DNA of 62,610 bases from Gemmatimonadales bacterium (GTDB lineage Bacteria; Gemmatimonadota; Gemmatimonadetes; Gemmatimonadales; GWC2-71-9). Both the position numbers and the translations under genes were made by a program. This document shows positions 52,152 through 61,962 of the stretch, piece by piece; within the stretch, counting starts at the first letter, position 1, and every line of letters starts with the position of its first letter. Where the stretch lies: assembly GCA_039794085.1 (NCBI GenBank), contig JBDIWC010000023.1, positions 1-62,610 of the forward strand. Direction: 5' to 3'. Below the pieces are notes generated by a model. The model saw only the letters and a program-made list of their open reading frames with translations. It had not been told where the DNA came from and searched no databases.

Positions 52152-53500
52152 GAGATCGGCTCCGAGGTGATCAGGATTTGGACCACGTTCGCAGGCACCA
52201 GATAGGTGCCGACCACCCGGCGGATATCGTCGAGGGTCACGGCCATCATCCGGTCGTACTCCCGGTTGATGGCATCCGGCGTGCCGTGGTGCAGCATCGC
52301 CTGCTGGAGTGCTTCCGCCAGATTCAACGCCCGCTGGCGTCCATTCACCAGTTGCGACCGGAACTGTGCCTTGGCCTTCTCCAGCTCCTCCTCGGTCACG
52401 CCGTCTCCCGTTCCGAGACGCGTCACCTCGCTGGTCAGCAGGGCCGCCACCGAATCGGGCGGCACGCCCACGTTCGCAACGGCCAGGAGGGCGAAGTGGC
52501 CCGGGCCCAGCCGCGGAATGCTGAAAGCCTGGGTCAGGGCGGCGGTGCGGGTTTCCCGCACCAGCTTTCGGTTCAGGCGGCTGCTCTCACCCTGCCCGAG
52601 GAGCGTCCCGAGCAACTGGAGGGCGGGGGCATCGGCGTGTGCCAGCGGAGGAATCCGGTACACCTGGAGCACGGCGGGAAGGTTGGCCTTGGGATCGTGG
52701 AACTGGAGGGCCATCCGCCCGGGGGAAAACTCGTATCCGCACTCAACGGGGGGAGGATCGTTCCCCCGGGGGATGCCCCCGAAGTACCGGGAGATGAGCT
52801 CCTTCGCCTCGGCAGGGTCGAAGTCACCCACCACGGTCAGGGTGGCGTTGTTCGGCGCGTAATACTGGTCGAAGAAGGCCTGCACATCCTCGGTCGTGGC
52901 GGCATCGAGGTCGGTCATCGAGCCGATCGTCTCGTGCGCGTACGCAAAGCAGGTGGTGGAGTCGTAGGCCCGGGTCAGCCCCTGCTGGAAGGCCCCGACG
53001 TACGGCTGGTTGTCCACCCGGAGGCGCCGCTCCTCCTTCACCGCCTCGGTCTGGTTGGCCAGGGTCGAGTCGGTGATGGCGAGAGATCGCATCCGGTCCG
53101 CCTCGAGCCACAGCGCCAGGTTCATCCGGTTGGAAGGAACCACCTGGAAGTAATTGGTCCGGTCATCGCTGGTGGACCCGTTCACCGCTCCGCCCGCCTG
53201 CTCCACGAGGCGGAGATGTTCCGACTTCGGAACGTTCTCCGAACCCTGGAACATCATGTGCTCGAAGAGGTGGGCAAACCCCGTGCGGCCCGGGCGTTCA
53301 TTCCGGGACCCGACCCGGTACCAGACGTCCACGGCCACGACCTGGGCGGCGTGGTCCTCGGCGAGGACCACCGTCAGCCCGTTGGGGAGAGTGTAGGTCT
53401 CGAAGGGGACCGGCTTCGGGGCCTGGGCCCAGGAAATATCAGGGGCCAGGGAGGGTCCGAGAAGGCCGATCGCGACGGGAAGATATCGCCAGAGTCTCAT
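52148..53500 (-). CDS. M16 zinc peptidase catalytic subunit
   Basis: YRVGSRNE..G.TGFAHLFEHMMF (HxxEH), EERR and YYAPNNA; signal peptide. Confidence 0.92.
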   Translation of the reverse strand: MRLWRYLPVAIGLLGPSLAPDISWAQAPKPVPFETYTLPNGLTVVLAEDHAAQVVAVDVWYRVGSRNERPGRTGFAHLFEHMMFQGSENVPKSEHLRLVEQAGGAVNGSTSDDRTNYFQVVPSNRMNLALWLEADRMRSLAITDSTLANQTEAVKEERRLRVDNQPYVGAFQQGLTRAYDSTTCFAYAHETIGSMTDLDAATTEDVQAFFDQYYAPNNATLTVVGDFDPAEAKELISRYFGGIPRGNDPPPVECGYEFSPGRMALQFHDPKANLPAVLQVYRIPPLAHADAPALQLLGTLLGQGESSRLNRKLVRETRTAALTQAFSIPRLGPGHFALLAVANVGVPPDSVAALLTSEVTRLGTGDGVTEEELEKAKAQFRSQLVNGRQRALNLAEALQQAMLHHGTPDAINREYDRMMAVTLDDIRRVVGTYLVPANVVQILITSEPIS

Positions 53501-53630
53501 GGGCCTGCCGTGAGTCAGGTTAAGGGAGGGCGGGGTGGCACCCAGGGAGGGTGTATCAAGGGCCCCGACGGACAGCATCCTCAATCTACTGACACCGGAG
53601 CCAAGAGGCATCCCGGCGACGTATCCTGGA

Positions 53631-54341
53631 TCAGGGAGTGGTCGCGGCGCACAAGCGGTCGGGGTGGTTCCCGCAGACGGCGGCCACGCCGAGCCGGGCC
53701 AGGCGCCGAGCCTCGGCATCGCTGTTCACCGTCCAGGCGATGACCGCGATGCCCCGGGACCGGGCCGCGTCCACGAGCCCCTGGTCGATCAGGTCAGTCT
53801 GTTGCCACAGAGTGCGGGCCGAAGGAACGTCATCGAAAATGGCCAGAGGACGAATCGGATGGCTCGCGGAGAGCAGCCCGCACCGGAGGGTGGGATCGGC
53901 CGCGCTGAGCCGGGCAATGATCCGGTGATCAAAGCTGTGCACGGCATAGGACGAGGGTTCTGGACCGCTACGGAGGGCGTCGAGCAGGAGGAGGTCCGAC
54001 GTCGAGGCCAAGGACTTCACCTCCACCCAGACCTCCATGCCCTTGAGTGCCGCCAGTGCCTCCTGAAGGAGGGGAGGGGGAGTCCCATCCGCCAGACGAG
54101 CCGAGTGGGCCTCCGCTGTGGTCAGGCGAGCGATGGGGCCGAGTCCAGGCAGGTCAGGGTCGTGATGCACCAAGAGCCCACCGTCGGCCAGGGCATGAAC
54201 GTCCAACTCCACTCCATCCGCACCCAGCTTCACCGCAAGCTCGAAAGCGTGGATGGAGTTTTCCACGGCAGCGCCAGAGGCACCGCGGTGGGCGATCACG
54301 CGTGGCCGTGATGTGGAAAAGTTGGAAGGTCGATTCGACAC
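53631..54341 (-). CDS. Glycerophosphodiester phosphodiesterase (start uncertain)
   Basis: IAHRGAS, ENS..AF, VELDV, HHD, EVK and AWTVN motifs. Confidence 0.9.
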   Translation of the reverse strand: MSNRPSNFSTSRPRVIAHRGASGAAVENSIHAFELAVKLGADGVELDVHALADGGLLVHHDPDLPGLGPIARLTTAEAHSARLADGTPPPLLQEALAALKGMEVWVEVKSLASTSDLLLLDALRSGPEPSSYAVHSFDHRIIARLSAADPTLRCGLLSASHPIRPLAIFDDVPSARTLWQQTDLIDQGLVDAARSRGIAVIAWTVNSDAEARRLARLGVAAVCGNHPDRLCAATTP

Positions 54342-54530
54342 TCTGCACCAGGATGTGGGAGAAGTCCGATGCCGCAAGTGCGGCTTGGGGTTGCCTGTCA
54401 CCAGCCCAATCAACGCGATGAGAATCGGATGTGGAAAACCGGTAAAACCTACGGTTACAAGCTACTTGATGTCGGTACGTCTAAAAATAAACGAAATAAT
54501 GATTTCAAGGATATCAACAAGGCTGGAAGG

Positions 54531-55090
54531 TAGGACATAGGACATAGTCCCTTACGGACAAGATTGAACGCAAGACGGCGACAATATTGTGGGCGACTCC
54601 CGACCCCCCCCGCCGACCGTTCGGGTCACGGCGATCGCATCGGCAGCGCCGTGCAAGGGGAATGGCCACAAAAAGCACAGAAGTCACAAGAGGCACACCT
54701 CGGTGCGCATGGGGTCCCACTAGGGGCGAGAGAGGTTTCTGTGCCTTTTGTGCTTCTTGTGGTTGGCTCTGGGGGTGGGGAGAGGTACTCGGGCAGGACC
54801 GGAACCCATCCCGAAGAAAACCCATGCGCGACCCCGAGGCGCCTCTGTGGTTCCGGCTCTGCCGGCCTAGGACATAGGACATAGGGGAAAGAGAGCCGGT
54901 ACCCCAGGAACTTTTCAGTTCTAATTCGTCAGTTCGAAGTCCCAGGTCCTCGCCGAAATGGATCCCGGCGTTCGCCGGGATGACGTCCCGTGAAGATTCC
55001 CGCGGTCCTGCGCCCTATGTCCTAAAGTCTCTATGTCCTATGTCGTCTATCTTACCTCCGGCCTACCACCTACCGCCTACCGCCTACGCC
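54531..55090. repeat. Composite intergenic repeat region
   Basis: TAGGACA arrays at 54531 and 54868, inverted TGTCCTA units ~55015-55050, CCTACCR heptamers ~55062-55087, inverted 9-mer arrays ~54665-54765, hairpin 54959-54985. Confidence 0.8.
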
Positions 55091-55093
55091 GTT

Positions 55094-55116
55094 AACATCC
55101 AACCCGGTCCGGCGTC
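55094..55116 (+). promoter_or_regulatory. Putative ECF autoregulatory promoter
   Basis: AAC-N16-CGTC about 30 bp upstream of the ECF sigma gene. Confidence 0.45.
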
Positions 55117-55143
55117 CCCTTCACCGGGCACATTGGAGCGCCA

Positions 55144-55689
55144 GTGGAGAATGATACAACCACCTCAGACGAGGCGTTGGTCACGGCCTTCCGTCGGGGG
55201 GACCAATCGGCGGCAACGGCGCTCGTCCATCGGTACGGGAGGCCACTCGCCCGGTTCCTCCACGGCCGGGGCGTTCCCCCGAGCGATCTCGAGGATGTGG
55301 TTCAGGAGACCTTCTTCAAGGCCTTTCGGTCGTTGGACCAGTGGAGAGGGGACGCGGGATTCCGGCGTTGGCTCTACCGGATCGCGCTCAACGCCGGCCG
55401 GGACCACTGGCGCCGCAGCCGGGGCCGGGGGATGGACCACGTGACGATCGAGCACGACACGGTGGAGGGGACGAGCAACCCCGAACTTGACCTGGACCGG
55501 CACGACACCGCAGCTCGGATCCGGGTCCGGCTCGGCACTCTGACCCACATGCAGAGGGAGGTGTTCCTCCTTCGGGCTCAGGAGGGTCTGGAATACCCTG
55601 AGATTGCCGGGATGCTCGGAACCACGCCAGGTGCCGCGAGGGTGCATTATCATCACGCGGTCAGACGACTCAAGGAGTGCGTCGCATGA
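55144..55689 (+). CDS. ECF sigma factor
   Basis: SDEALV, EDVVQETF.KAF, F..WLYRIA.N and EGL.Y.EIA.MLG. Confidence 0.92.
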   Translation: MENDTTTSDEALVTAFRRGDQSAATALVHRYGRPLARFLHGRGVPPSDLEDVVQETFFKAFRSLDQWRGDAGFRRWLYRIALNAGRDHWRRSRGRGMDHVTIEHDTVEGTSNPELDLDRHDTAARIRVRLGTLTHMQREVFLLRAQEGLEYPEIAGMLGTTPGAARVHYHHAVRRLKECVA

Positions 55690-56195
55690 TCTGTAACATC
55701 ATGTCAGACCGGATGCCCGGGGTGGCACACGACGAGAGGCAGGAATGGTCTCCCGGGGAACGCGTCCATCTGGATTCCTGCCCACGATGCCTGGCGGAGT
55801 GGCGACTGGTCCAGGAAGTGTCCCTTGGCTGGGGTAACAGTGCGGAGATCGATCTGGACGCGGTGGCTCGCCGAGTCCAGCTTCGCCTGACCAACCAGCG
55901 CCCGGTGGATTCATCCACGGTCCGGCCGGTTCGGAAGTGGGTCGTCGGCCTGGCTGCGGCCGCTGCCCTGATTGTGGCGGTCGGATCCTCCGCCCTGGCT
56001 CCACGACAGGCACTGTCGACTCCCCAGGTGGTCTCGATCCTCCCCGAGCTCGGCGACCTGGAGACGGACGAGCTCGAGGCCCTGTTCGAGGTGATTCCGG
56101 TGGCCAATCGAACCGTCCTCCCGCCTCTCGGAGCGGGATTGAGTGACCTCAGCGACACTGAACTCGAGCGGCTCCTTGCCGCAATGGAGGGCTGA
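55686..56195 (+). CDS. ZAS-type anti-sigma factor, single TM
   Basis: HLDSCPRC (HxxxCxxC), TM helix, ATGA overlap with the sigma gene. Confidence 0.8.
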   Translation: MICNIMSDRMPGVAHDERQEWSPGERVHLDSCPRCLAEWRLVQEVSLGWGNSAEIDLDAVARRVQLRLTNQRPVDSSTVRPVRKWVVGLAAAAALIVAVGSSALAPRQALSTPQVVSILPELGDLETDELEALFEVIPVANRTVLPPLGAGLSDLSDTELERLLAAMEG

Positions 56196-56197
56196 TC

Positions 56198-56686
56198 ATG
56201 GCACCCCGACTCTGTGTTGTCGGATTGATTCTGGTGGCGTCCGCTCTGGCCACCCCGGCGGTGGCCCAACAGCGCGATGCCCCGTTCCGGGCACGGATGC
56301 GCCAGAACATCGAGGAACGGTTCATCGATCGGCTGCGCACCGAGTTGCAGCTCACCGAAAGCCAGGAACGGCAGCTCCGGGAGATCTCGCGGGTTCACGC
56401 GGGGCGGCGCGTCGAACTGGAGCAGCGACAGATCGCCATTCGTGACGCGCTCCAGAGCCAGCTGCGTCCCGGGGTCGCGGCGGATCGAGACAGCGTGGAG
56501 CGCCTTCTTTCGGCCATGATGGAGGCGAGAATCGGGTATCTGGAGTCCTTCCGCGATGAACTGAACGCCCTGACTCCGGTTCTCGATCCGGTTCAACGGG
56601 CTCAGTTCTTCTTCCTGAGGGATCGTGTCTACCAGCGAGCCCAAGAGATCCGGGAGCAGCGGCCCGGAGCCCGGCGCCCCCTCTGA
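56198..56686 (+). CDS. Periplasmic Spy/CpxP-like (heavy-metal sensor-type) protein
   Basis: Signal peptide; LQLTESQ and VLDPVQ LTxxQ-like motifs. Confidence 0.7.
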   Translation: MAPRLCVVGLILVASALATPAVAQQRDAPFRARMRQNIEERFIDRLRTELQLTESQERQLREISRVHAGRRVELEQRQIAIRDALQSQLRPGVAADRDSVERLLSAMMEARIGYLESFRDELNALTPVLDPVQRAQFFFLRDRVYQRAQEIREQRPGARRPL

Positions 56687-56895
56687 TCGCCCAGGGGGTG
56701 TTCGTGGTTGAACCCTCCGTGCCGGATCGCGGCCCACTGGCAAGAACCACAGGAACCACGAAAAAGGCACGAAAGACACGAACGGTTCATTCGGGCGTTG
56801 TCGGCAGAGGGGAAACGTCAACTCTGGTCGAATCGCTGCGGGGTGGGGCTAGGCCTTGTGTCGACTACCCGCACGAAAACCCTGGGAGCCGAAAA

Positions 56896-56922
56896 TGGAT
56901 TCCCGCCTACGCGGGAATGACG
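56896..56922. repeat. dRS3-like palindrome
   Basis: TGGATTCCCGCCTACGCGGGAATGACG contains ATTCCC-N8-GGGAAT. Confidence 0.75.
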
Positions 56923-57002
56923 GGCATCGGTTATCCCCGTCACCTGATCAGGGTCCTCCTCTGTCCTAAGTCCCACGTCCTACGTCCTCAATCCTCAACC
57001 CA

Positions 57003-57395
57003 TCAGGGATCCTCCCTGGATGGCGCGCCCGACCCCGGCTCCCGGGGATACACCCGCACCTCGTCCCATCGCCGGAGAACCACCTGGCCTCGGGGTGCAC
57101 CCCGGCGCTTGCTCACCTCGCCCGCTCGGCACCAGTGGACCGGCACCTTTCCCCTGGCGCGACGGGCCTCTGAGAACCAGACTGCGATCCGTGCCGCCTC
57201 CATCACCACTTCCTTCGGGATCGGTCCTCCCCCCGGGTTCCGGATGACGACATGGCTCCCCGCATGCCCGGCCACATGGAGCCACCCGTCGGCGGGATCG
57301 GCGTGCCGGAGGGTCAGTTCCTCATTGCCCACCGCATCCCGGCCGACGAGCACCTCATAGCCTCCAACGTCATAGGTCTTCCAGGGGTCGGCCAT
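57003..57395 (-). CDS. Stand-alone NFACT RNA-binding domain protein (DUF814)
   Basis: VLVGR....NEELT, D.WLH....GSHVVI, AA.IA.WFS and V.K..GA..GQV. Confidence 0.85.
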   Translation of the reverse strand: MADPWKTYDVGGYEVLVGRDAVGNEELTLRHADPADGWLHVAGHAGSHVVIRNPGGGPIPKEVVMEAARIAVWFSEARRARGKVPVHWCRAGEVSKRRGAPRGQVVLRRWDEVRVYPREPGSGAPSREDP

Positions 57396-57474
57396 GATCG
57401 GGCACTCGCGCCGGTTGTGTGGGATCCGGAAAGATCGGCCGGATGACCCCGCGTGCCAAGGCCCGACCTGGGCG

Positions 57475-57652
57475 ATCTGTGCCCCTGTGCCCTTTGTGGC
57501 CGTTCCTCCTCCCTCTGGACCTGGACCCACGGAGCGTTTCGTTCCGCCCAATAGTCAACCACAAAAAGCACAAAAGACACAAAACAGAGGAACGGGCGCC
57601 CGATGCGTTGGCACCCAGCGGGGACTCGTGCCTTTTGTGCCTTTTGTGGCCA
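57475..57652. repeat. 9-mer arrays in alternating orientation
   Basis: TCTGTGCCCCTGTGCCCTTTGTGGCC; AACCACAAAAAGCACAAAAGACACAAAA; TCGTGCCTTTTGTGCCTTTTGTGGCC. Confidence 0.75.
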
Positions 57653-57790
57653 TTTCCCGACCCGCTTGATCGACGGAGGAGTGCCTCGCCTCACCCGATC
57701 GTCAGGCACAGGAATACCTGCGGAGTCGGCATTCCTTTCCTCATGCCACGTGGGAAGTTAGCTTGCAGCATGGCACGTCGTGGAGGATTC

Positions 57791-59161
57791 ATGCGCATGC
57801 TGCTCGGGGCCGCGGCTGTCCTGTGGGGGATACCCTCCTCCGCAGGAGTCGTGGCGGCCCAGAACCCAGTGGTCTACCGGATTCCCGTCACGGGGGTCAT
57901 CGAGAACGGTCTGGCCCCGTACATCGCCCGGGCTCTCTCGGAGGCGGTCGGCGCCGGGGCCAAGGCGGCGATCCTGGACATCGACACCCCCGGCGGCCGG
58001 GTGGATGCCGCCGAGCGCATCGCTGACGCCATCCGGGGCTCCGGGGTGCCGGTTTTCGCCTTCGTGAACCCCCGGGCCTACAGCGCCGGGGCCCTGATCG
58101 CTCTGGCCACCCAGGGCATCTTCATCCGGCCCGGTGGCGTGATCGGCGCGGCCACCCCGGTGGACGGCCAGGGAACCAAGGCGTCGGAAAAGATTGTCTC
58201 CGCGATGCGGGGCGAGTTCCGCGGTCTCGCCGAGGCGCATGGGCTCGATCCGGCCGTGGCCGAGGCGATGGTGGACGAATCGATCGAGATCCCCGGCATC
58301 ACGGAAGCGGGAAAGCTCCTGACCCTGAGCGCCAATGAGGCCGTCTCCGTGGGCTATGCCCGTGGCCTGATGGAGGACATGGACGCTGTCCTCGACGCGA
58401 TCGGACTCGCCGGAGCCACCGTCACCACCCCGAGCCTCAACTGGGCCGAGCATCTGGTGCGTTTCCTCACCAACCCGCTCGTGGCCCCGATGCTCCTCTC
58501 CCTTGGCATGCTCGGTCTCGTGTTCGAGGTGAAGAGCGGCGCCTTCGGTCTCGGGGGACTGGTGAGCCTGGCATCGCTCGGTCTCTTCTTCGGCTCCAAC
58601 CTCCTGCTTGGCCTGGCCGGCTGGGAAGAGGTCCTGATGCTCGGTCTCGGCATGATCGCCGTGGGGATCGAGGTCTTCCTGCTGCCCGGGTTCGGGGTGG
58701 CGGGCATCCTCGGGGCCGTGCTGATCGGTGGAGCCACCGTCATGGCGATGCTGGGGTCAGCCCCTACCTTGGCAGACTTCAGCCAGGCGGCCGCGATTCT
58801 CGGCGCGAGCCTCATCATCACGGCGGCTGTGTTCATTGCCTGGCTCCGCCACATTCCGAACTCGACCCGGTTCACCGGTCTCTTCCTGAGCCGCACCACC
58901 CAGGCCAGTGAGGGGTTTGTTTCGGCCCCGACCCGTCCGGAGCTGGTGGGCCAGGTGGGAGTGGCGGTCACGTCGCTCCGGCCCAGTGGGACGGCGCGCT
59001 TTGGGGAGGAGCGGGTGGACGTGGTCACCGATGGAGAGTTTCTGGCCGCGGGCACCGCCATTCGTGCTTTGCGCAGTGAAGGATATCGGCTCGTGGTTGA
59101 ATCGGTGCCCGAGATCGCGGCCCCGACGACGTCCACCCCTCGTGAACAGGAGTCAACGTGA
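57791..59161 (+). CDS. nfeD: NfeD-family membrane-bound serine protease (YqeZ-like)
   Basis: [18 protein letters not shown] domain and C-terminal OB fold (LRPSG.A); upstream of floA. Confidence 0.88.
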   Translation: MRMLLGAAAVLWGIPSSAGVVAAQNPVVYRIPVTGVIENGLAPYIARALSEAVGAGAKAAILDIDTPGGRVDAAERIADAIRGSGVPVFAFVNPRAYSAGALIALATQGIFIRPGGVIGAATPVDGQGTKASEKIVSAMRGEFRGLAEAHGLDPAVAEAMVDESIEIPGITEAGKLLTLSANEAVSVGYARGLMEDMDAVLDAIGLAGATVTTPSLNWAEHLVRFLTNPLVAPMLLSLGMLGLVFEVKSGAFGLGGLVSLASLGLFFGSNLLLGLAGWEEVLMLGLGMIAVGIEVFLLPGFGVAGILGAVLIGGATVMAMLGSAPTLADFSQAAAILGASLIITAAVFIAWLRHIPNSTRFTGLFLSRTTQASEGFVSAPTRPELVGQVGVAVTSLRPSGTARFGEERVDVVTDGEFLAAGTAIRALRSEGYRLVVESVPEIAAPTTSTPREQEST

Positions 59162-60153
59162 ATCCCGACCAGATCGCCCCGGGCCTGCTGATTGGGCTCA
59201 TCGTCATTGCCTTCATCGCCATCACCGTCGTCTTCCGTTTCATTCCGATCGGGCTCTGGATCACGGCACTCTTTTCCGGGGTGCGCATCTCCTTCCTCAC
59301 CCTCTTCGGCATGCGGTTCCGGCGGGTAAATCCCCAGGCGATCGTGCTCCCGATGATCGCAGCCCACAAGGCTGGCATCCAGCTCGCCACCAACGATCTG
59401 GAAAGCCACTACCTGGCCGGCGGAAACATCCAGCGGGTGGTGAGCGCCCTCATCTCGGCCGATAAGGCGGGTATTCCGCTCAACTACAAGCAGGCCACCG
59501 CGATCGATCTTGCCGGCCGCGATGTGTTCGAGGCGGTGCAGGTGTCGGTGAACCCGAAGGTCATCACCACCCCGAAGGTGGCGGCGATGGCCAAGGACGG
59601 CATCCAGTTGCTCGCCCTGGCGCGCGTTACCGTGCGTGCCAACATCAACCGGCTGGTCGGTGGCGCCGGCGAGGAGACGATTCTGGCGCGGGTCGGCGAG
59701 GGGATCGTGAGCACCATCGGGTCGGCCGAGTCCCACAAGAAGGTGCTCGAGAACCCCGACATGATCTCGAAGACGGTGTTGGCGAAGGGCCTCGACGCCG
59801 GTACCGCGTTCGAGATTCTTTCCATCGACATCGCCGATGTGGACGTGGGGAAGAACATCGGCGCCGAGCTGCAGACCGATCAGGCCGAGGCCGACAAGCG
59901 CATCGCCCAGGCCAAGGCCGAGGAACGCAGGGCGCTGGCGGTGGCCATGGAGCAGGAGTACAAGGCGGAAACCCAGAAGGAACGGGCCAAGGTCGTCGCC
60001 GCGGAAGCCCAGATTCCCCTGGCGATGGCCGAAGCCTTCCGGAACGGCACCCTGGGTGTGATGGACTACCAGCGCTACCGGAACGTGGAAGCGGACACCA
60101 AGATGCGCCGGTCCATCGCGGACGGCGACGCTCCCGACACCTCGGCGAGCTGA
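59158..60153 (+). CDS. floA: Flotillin-like protein FloA (YqfA)
   Basis: [35 protein letters not shown] and QAKAEERRA. Confidence 0.95.
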   Translation: MNPDQIAPGLLIGLIVIAFIAITVVFRFIPIGLWITALFSGVRISFLTLFGMRFRRVNPQAIVLPMIAAHKAGIQLATNDLESHYLAGGNIQRVVSALISADKAGIPLNYKQATAIDLAGRDVFEAVQVSVNPKVITTPKVAAMAKDGIQLLALARVTVRANINRLVGGAGEETILARVGEGIVSTIGSAESHKKVLENPDMISKTVLAKGLDAGTAFEILSIDIADVDVGKNIGAELQTDQAEADKRIAQAKAEERRALAVAMEQEYKAETQKERAKVVAAEAQIPLAMAEAFRNGTLGVMDYQRYRNVEADTKMRRSIADGDAPDTSAS

Positions 60154-60159
60154 TCCGCG

Positions 60160-60780
60160 ATGGAAGGTCTCTTTGGACTCCTCCTGCTGTACGGGGTGCT
60201 GGCCCTGATTGGCGCGGCCCAGCGGGCCGGCAAGCGGAAGGGGAAGCGGCCCCCGCAACGCTCGTCGCCTGAACCCGAGCGGCTGGAGTTGCCGGAGTTG
60301 CCGGAACCGAGCGGGGGTACTCGTGGCGAGGGGTTCGATCTCGACCGGTGGCTTCGCCAGTTGGAGGGTGGCGTTCCCGTCGAGGGCGAAGGAGGCCCTC
60401 GGGGTCGTCGCGCCGATCGGGCGCTTCCCGCAGCAGAAGAGGTGGAGGAGCGGGAGACGCTGGAGACCGTCCCCGTGGTCGTCCCCCACGAGTACGTGGA
60501 GCGGCCCGAGCGGGTCGTGGTCGATTATGACGACGCGGCCCAACGCACCGTGGCTCGCCGGGTTGCCGCGGCGGAGAAGCGGGCCCATGCCCTTACCCTG
60601 ACTGACCATCGCCGGTTCGATGCCCGGATCCGCCCGGCGCCGGCCGCTGTCACGCGAGACGCCACCCAGTCCCCGATCCGGAAATCGCTCTCCGGGACCT
60701 CGCTCCGCCAGGCCATCATCCTCCGCGAGGTGCTCGGGCCGCCCGTGAGCGAACGGGGCGAACCCCGCGATTTCGAGTGA
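60160..60780 (+). CDS. Hypothetical protein, YqfB-like
   Basis: N-terminal TM helix, C-terminal LRQAIILREVLGPP, position after floA. Confidence 0.7.
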   Translation: MEGLFGLLLLYGVLALIGAAQRAGKRKGKRPPQRSSPEPERLELPELPEPSGGTRGEGFDLDRWLRQLEGGVPVEGEGGPRGRRADRALPAAEEVEERETLETVPVVVPHEYVERPERVVVDYDDAAQRTVARRVAAAEKRAHALTLTDHRRFDARIRPAPAAVTRDATQSPIRKSLSGTSLRQAIILREVLGPPVSERGEPRDFE

Positions 60781-61913
60781 CTCGGCCGGACGACTCGGCC
60801 CCCCCTCCGCCGCCGGGACTCGACGCACTTCGGGCCCGGGTCGCCGCGGTGGACCGGGAGCTCATGGCTCTGGTCACCGAACGCCTGGCACTGGCCGAAC
60901 AAATCGGTGCCACCAAGCGTGTGCGGGGTCTCCCGATCCGGAACTATGGCACCGAAACGGAGGTCCTGGCGCGGTATCGCGAGGCGGCGGCCGCCGCGGG
61001 GCTCGAGCCCGAATTCGGGGAGGGGCTCGCCGGCATGCTGATCGCCGAGGCGGTGCGGCGCCAGGAGGAAGGTCTGGGGCCGACGGGGAACGCGGCCGCA
61101 GCACTGGAGGTGCTGATCCTGGGCGGGGCCGGTAAGATGGGGCTCTGGTTCACGAACTTCTTCCGGGGGCAGGGTCATCGGGTTCTCCGGCTCGACCCGG
61201 CACTGCCGGCGGGGAGTCCCGACGCGGCGTCCGGCATCGAGGCGGTGGACACGGCGGACGTCATCCTCCTCGCCATGCCCCTCTCGCTGGGTCCGGAACT
61301 GCTGGAGACGGTACTCGCCCGGAACCCTCGGGGCCTCGTGGTCGACATCTCGAGCCTCAAGAGCCACCTGATCGGAGTGCTCCGCGAGGGTGCTGCGCAT
61401 GGGTTGCGGGTGGCGAGTCTCCACCCCCTCTTCGGCCCGGGAGTGCGCACGCTCGCGGGCCGGATCATGGCGGTGTGCGATTGCGGGAACCCCGCCGCCG
61501 CCGACCAGGCCGCGGGGCTCTTCGCGGACACCGCGGTGACCCTCGTCCGGCATCCGATCGAGGAGCATGACCAGTTCATGCAGTATGTCCTCGGCCTGAG
61601 CCACGCGGTGTCCCTGCTGTTCGCCACCACGCTGGCCCACAGCGGGCGGTCCTATCAGGAGCTTGCCGCCTTGGCGAGCACGACGTTTCTGAAGCAGGTG
61701 CGGACCGCGGGGGAGGTGGTGCGGGAGAACCCCGCCATGTACCACGAGATTCAGCATCTGAACCATCATACACCGGCGCTGTTCCGTCTCTTGGCCGAGC
61801 GATTGGACACCCTCCAGGTGGCGGCCACCGCCGACGATCCGGCGCCCTTCGTGGCGTTGATGGAGGAGGCTCGGCGGTATTTCCCGGACACGGTGGAAAC
61901 GGCGTTACCGTAG
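60777..61913 (+). CDS. tyrA: Bifunctional chorismate mutase / prephenate dehydrogenase
   Basis: CM domain (LDALRARV..VDREL..L..ERL), GGAGKMG, DISSLK, SLHPLFGP and EHD. Confidence 0.85.
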   Translation: MTRPDDSAPPPPPGLDALRARVAAVDRELMALVTERLALAEQIGATKRVRGLPIRNYGTETEVLARYREAAAAAGLEPEFGEGLAGMLIAEAVRRQEEGLGPTGNAAAALEVLILGGAGKMGLWFTNFFRGQGHRVLRLDPALPAGSPDAASGIEAVDTADVILLAMPLSLGPELLETVLARNPRGLVVDISSLKSHLIGVLREGAAHGLRVASLHPLFGPGVRTLAGRIMAVCDCGNPAAADQAAGLFADTAVTLVRHPIEEHDQFMQYVLGLSHAVSLLFATTLAHSGRSYQELAALASTTFLKQVRTAGEVVRENPAMYHEIQHLNHHTPALFRLLAERLDTLQVAATADDPAPFVALMEEARRYFPDTVETALP

Positions 61914-61923
61914 GGGCGAGTGG

Positions 61924-61955
61924 TAGAACATAGGACGTAGGACATAGGACATAGG
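61924..61955 (+). repeat. TAGGACN heptamer array, left flank of the four-helix-bundle gene
   Basis: TAGAACA TAGGACG TAGGACA TAGGACA TAGG. Confidence 0.9.
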
Positions 61956-61962
61956 CCCGTCC

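Noticed and set aside
54300..54530. Replication origin oriC
   Set aside because: Only two good DnaA boxes, one probably inside a CDS, and no dnaA/dnaN or similar context.
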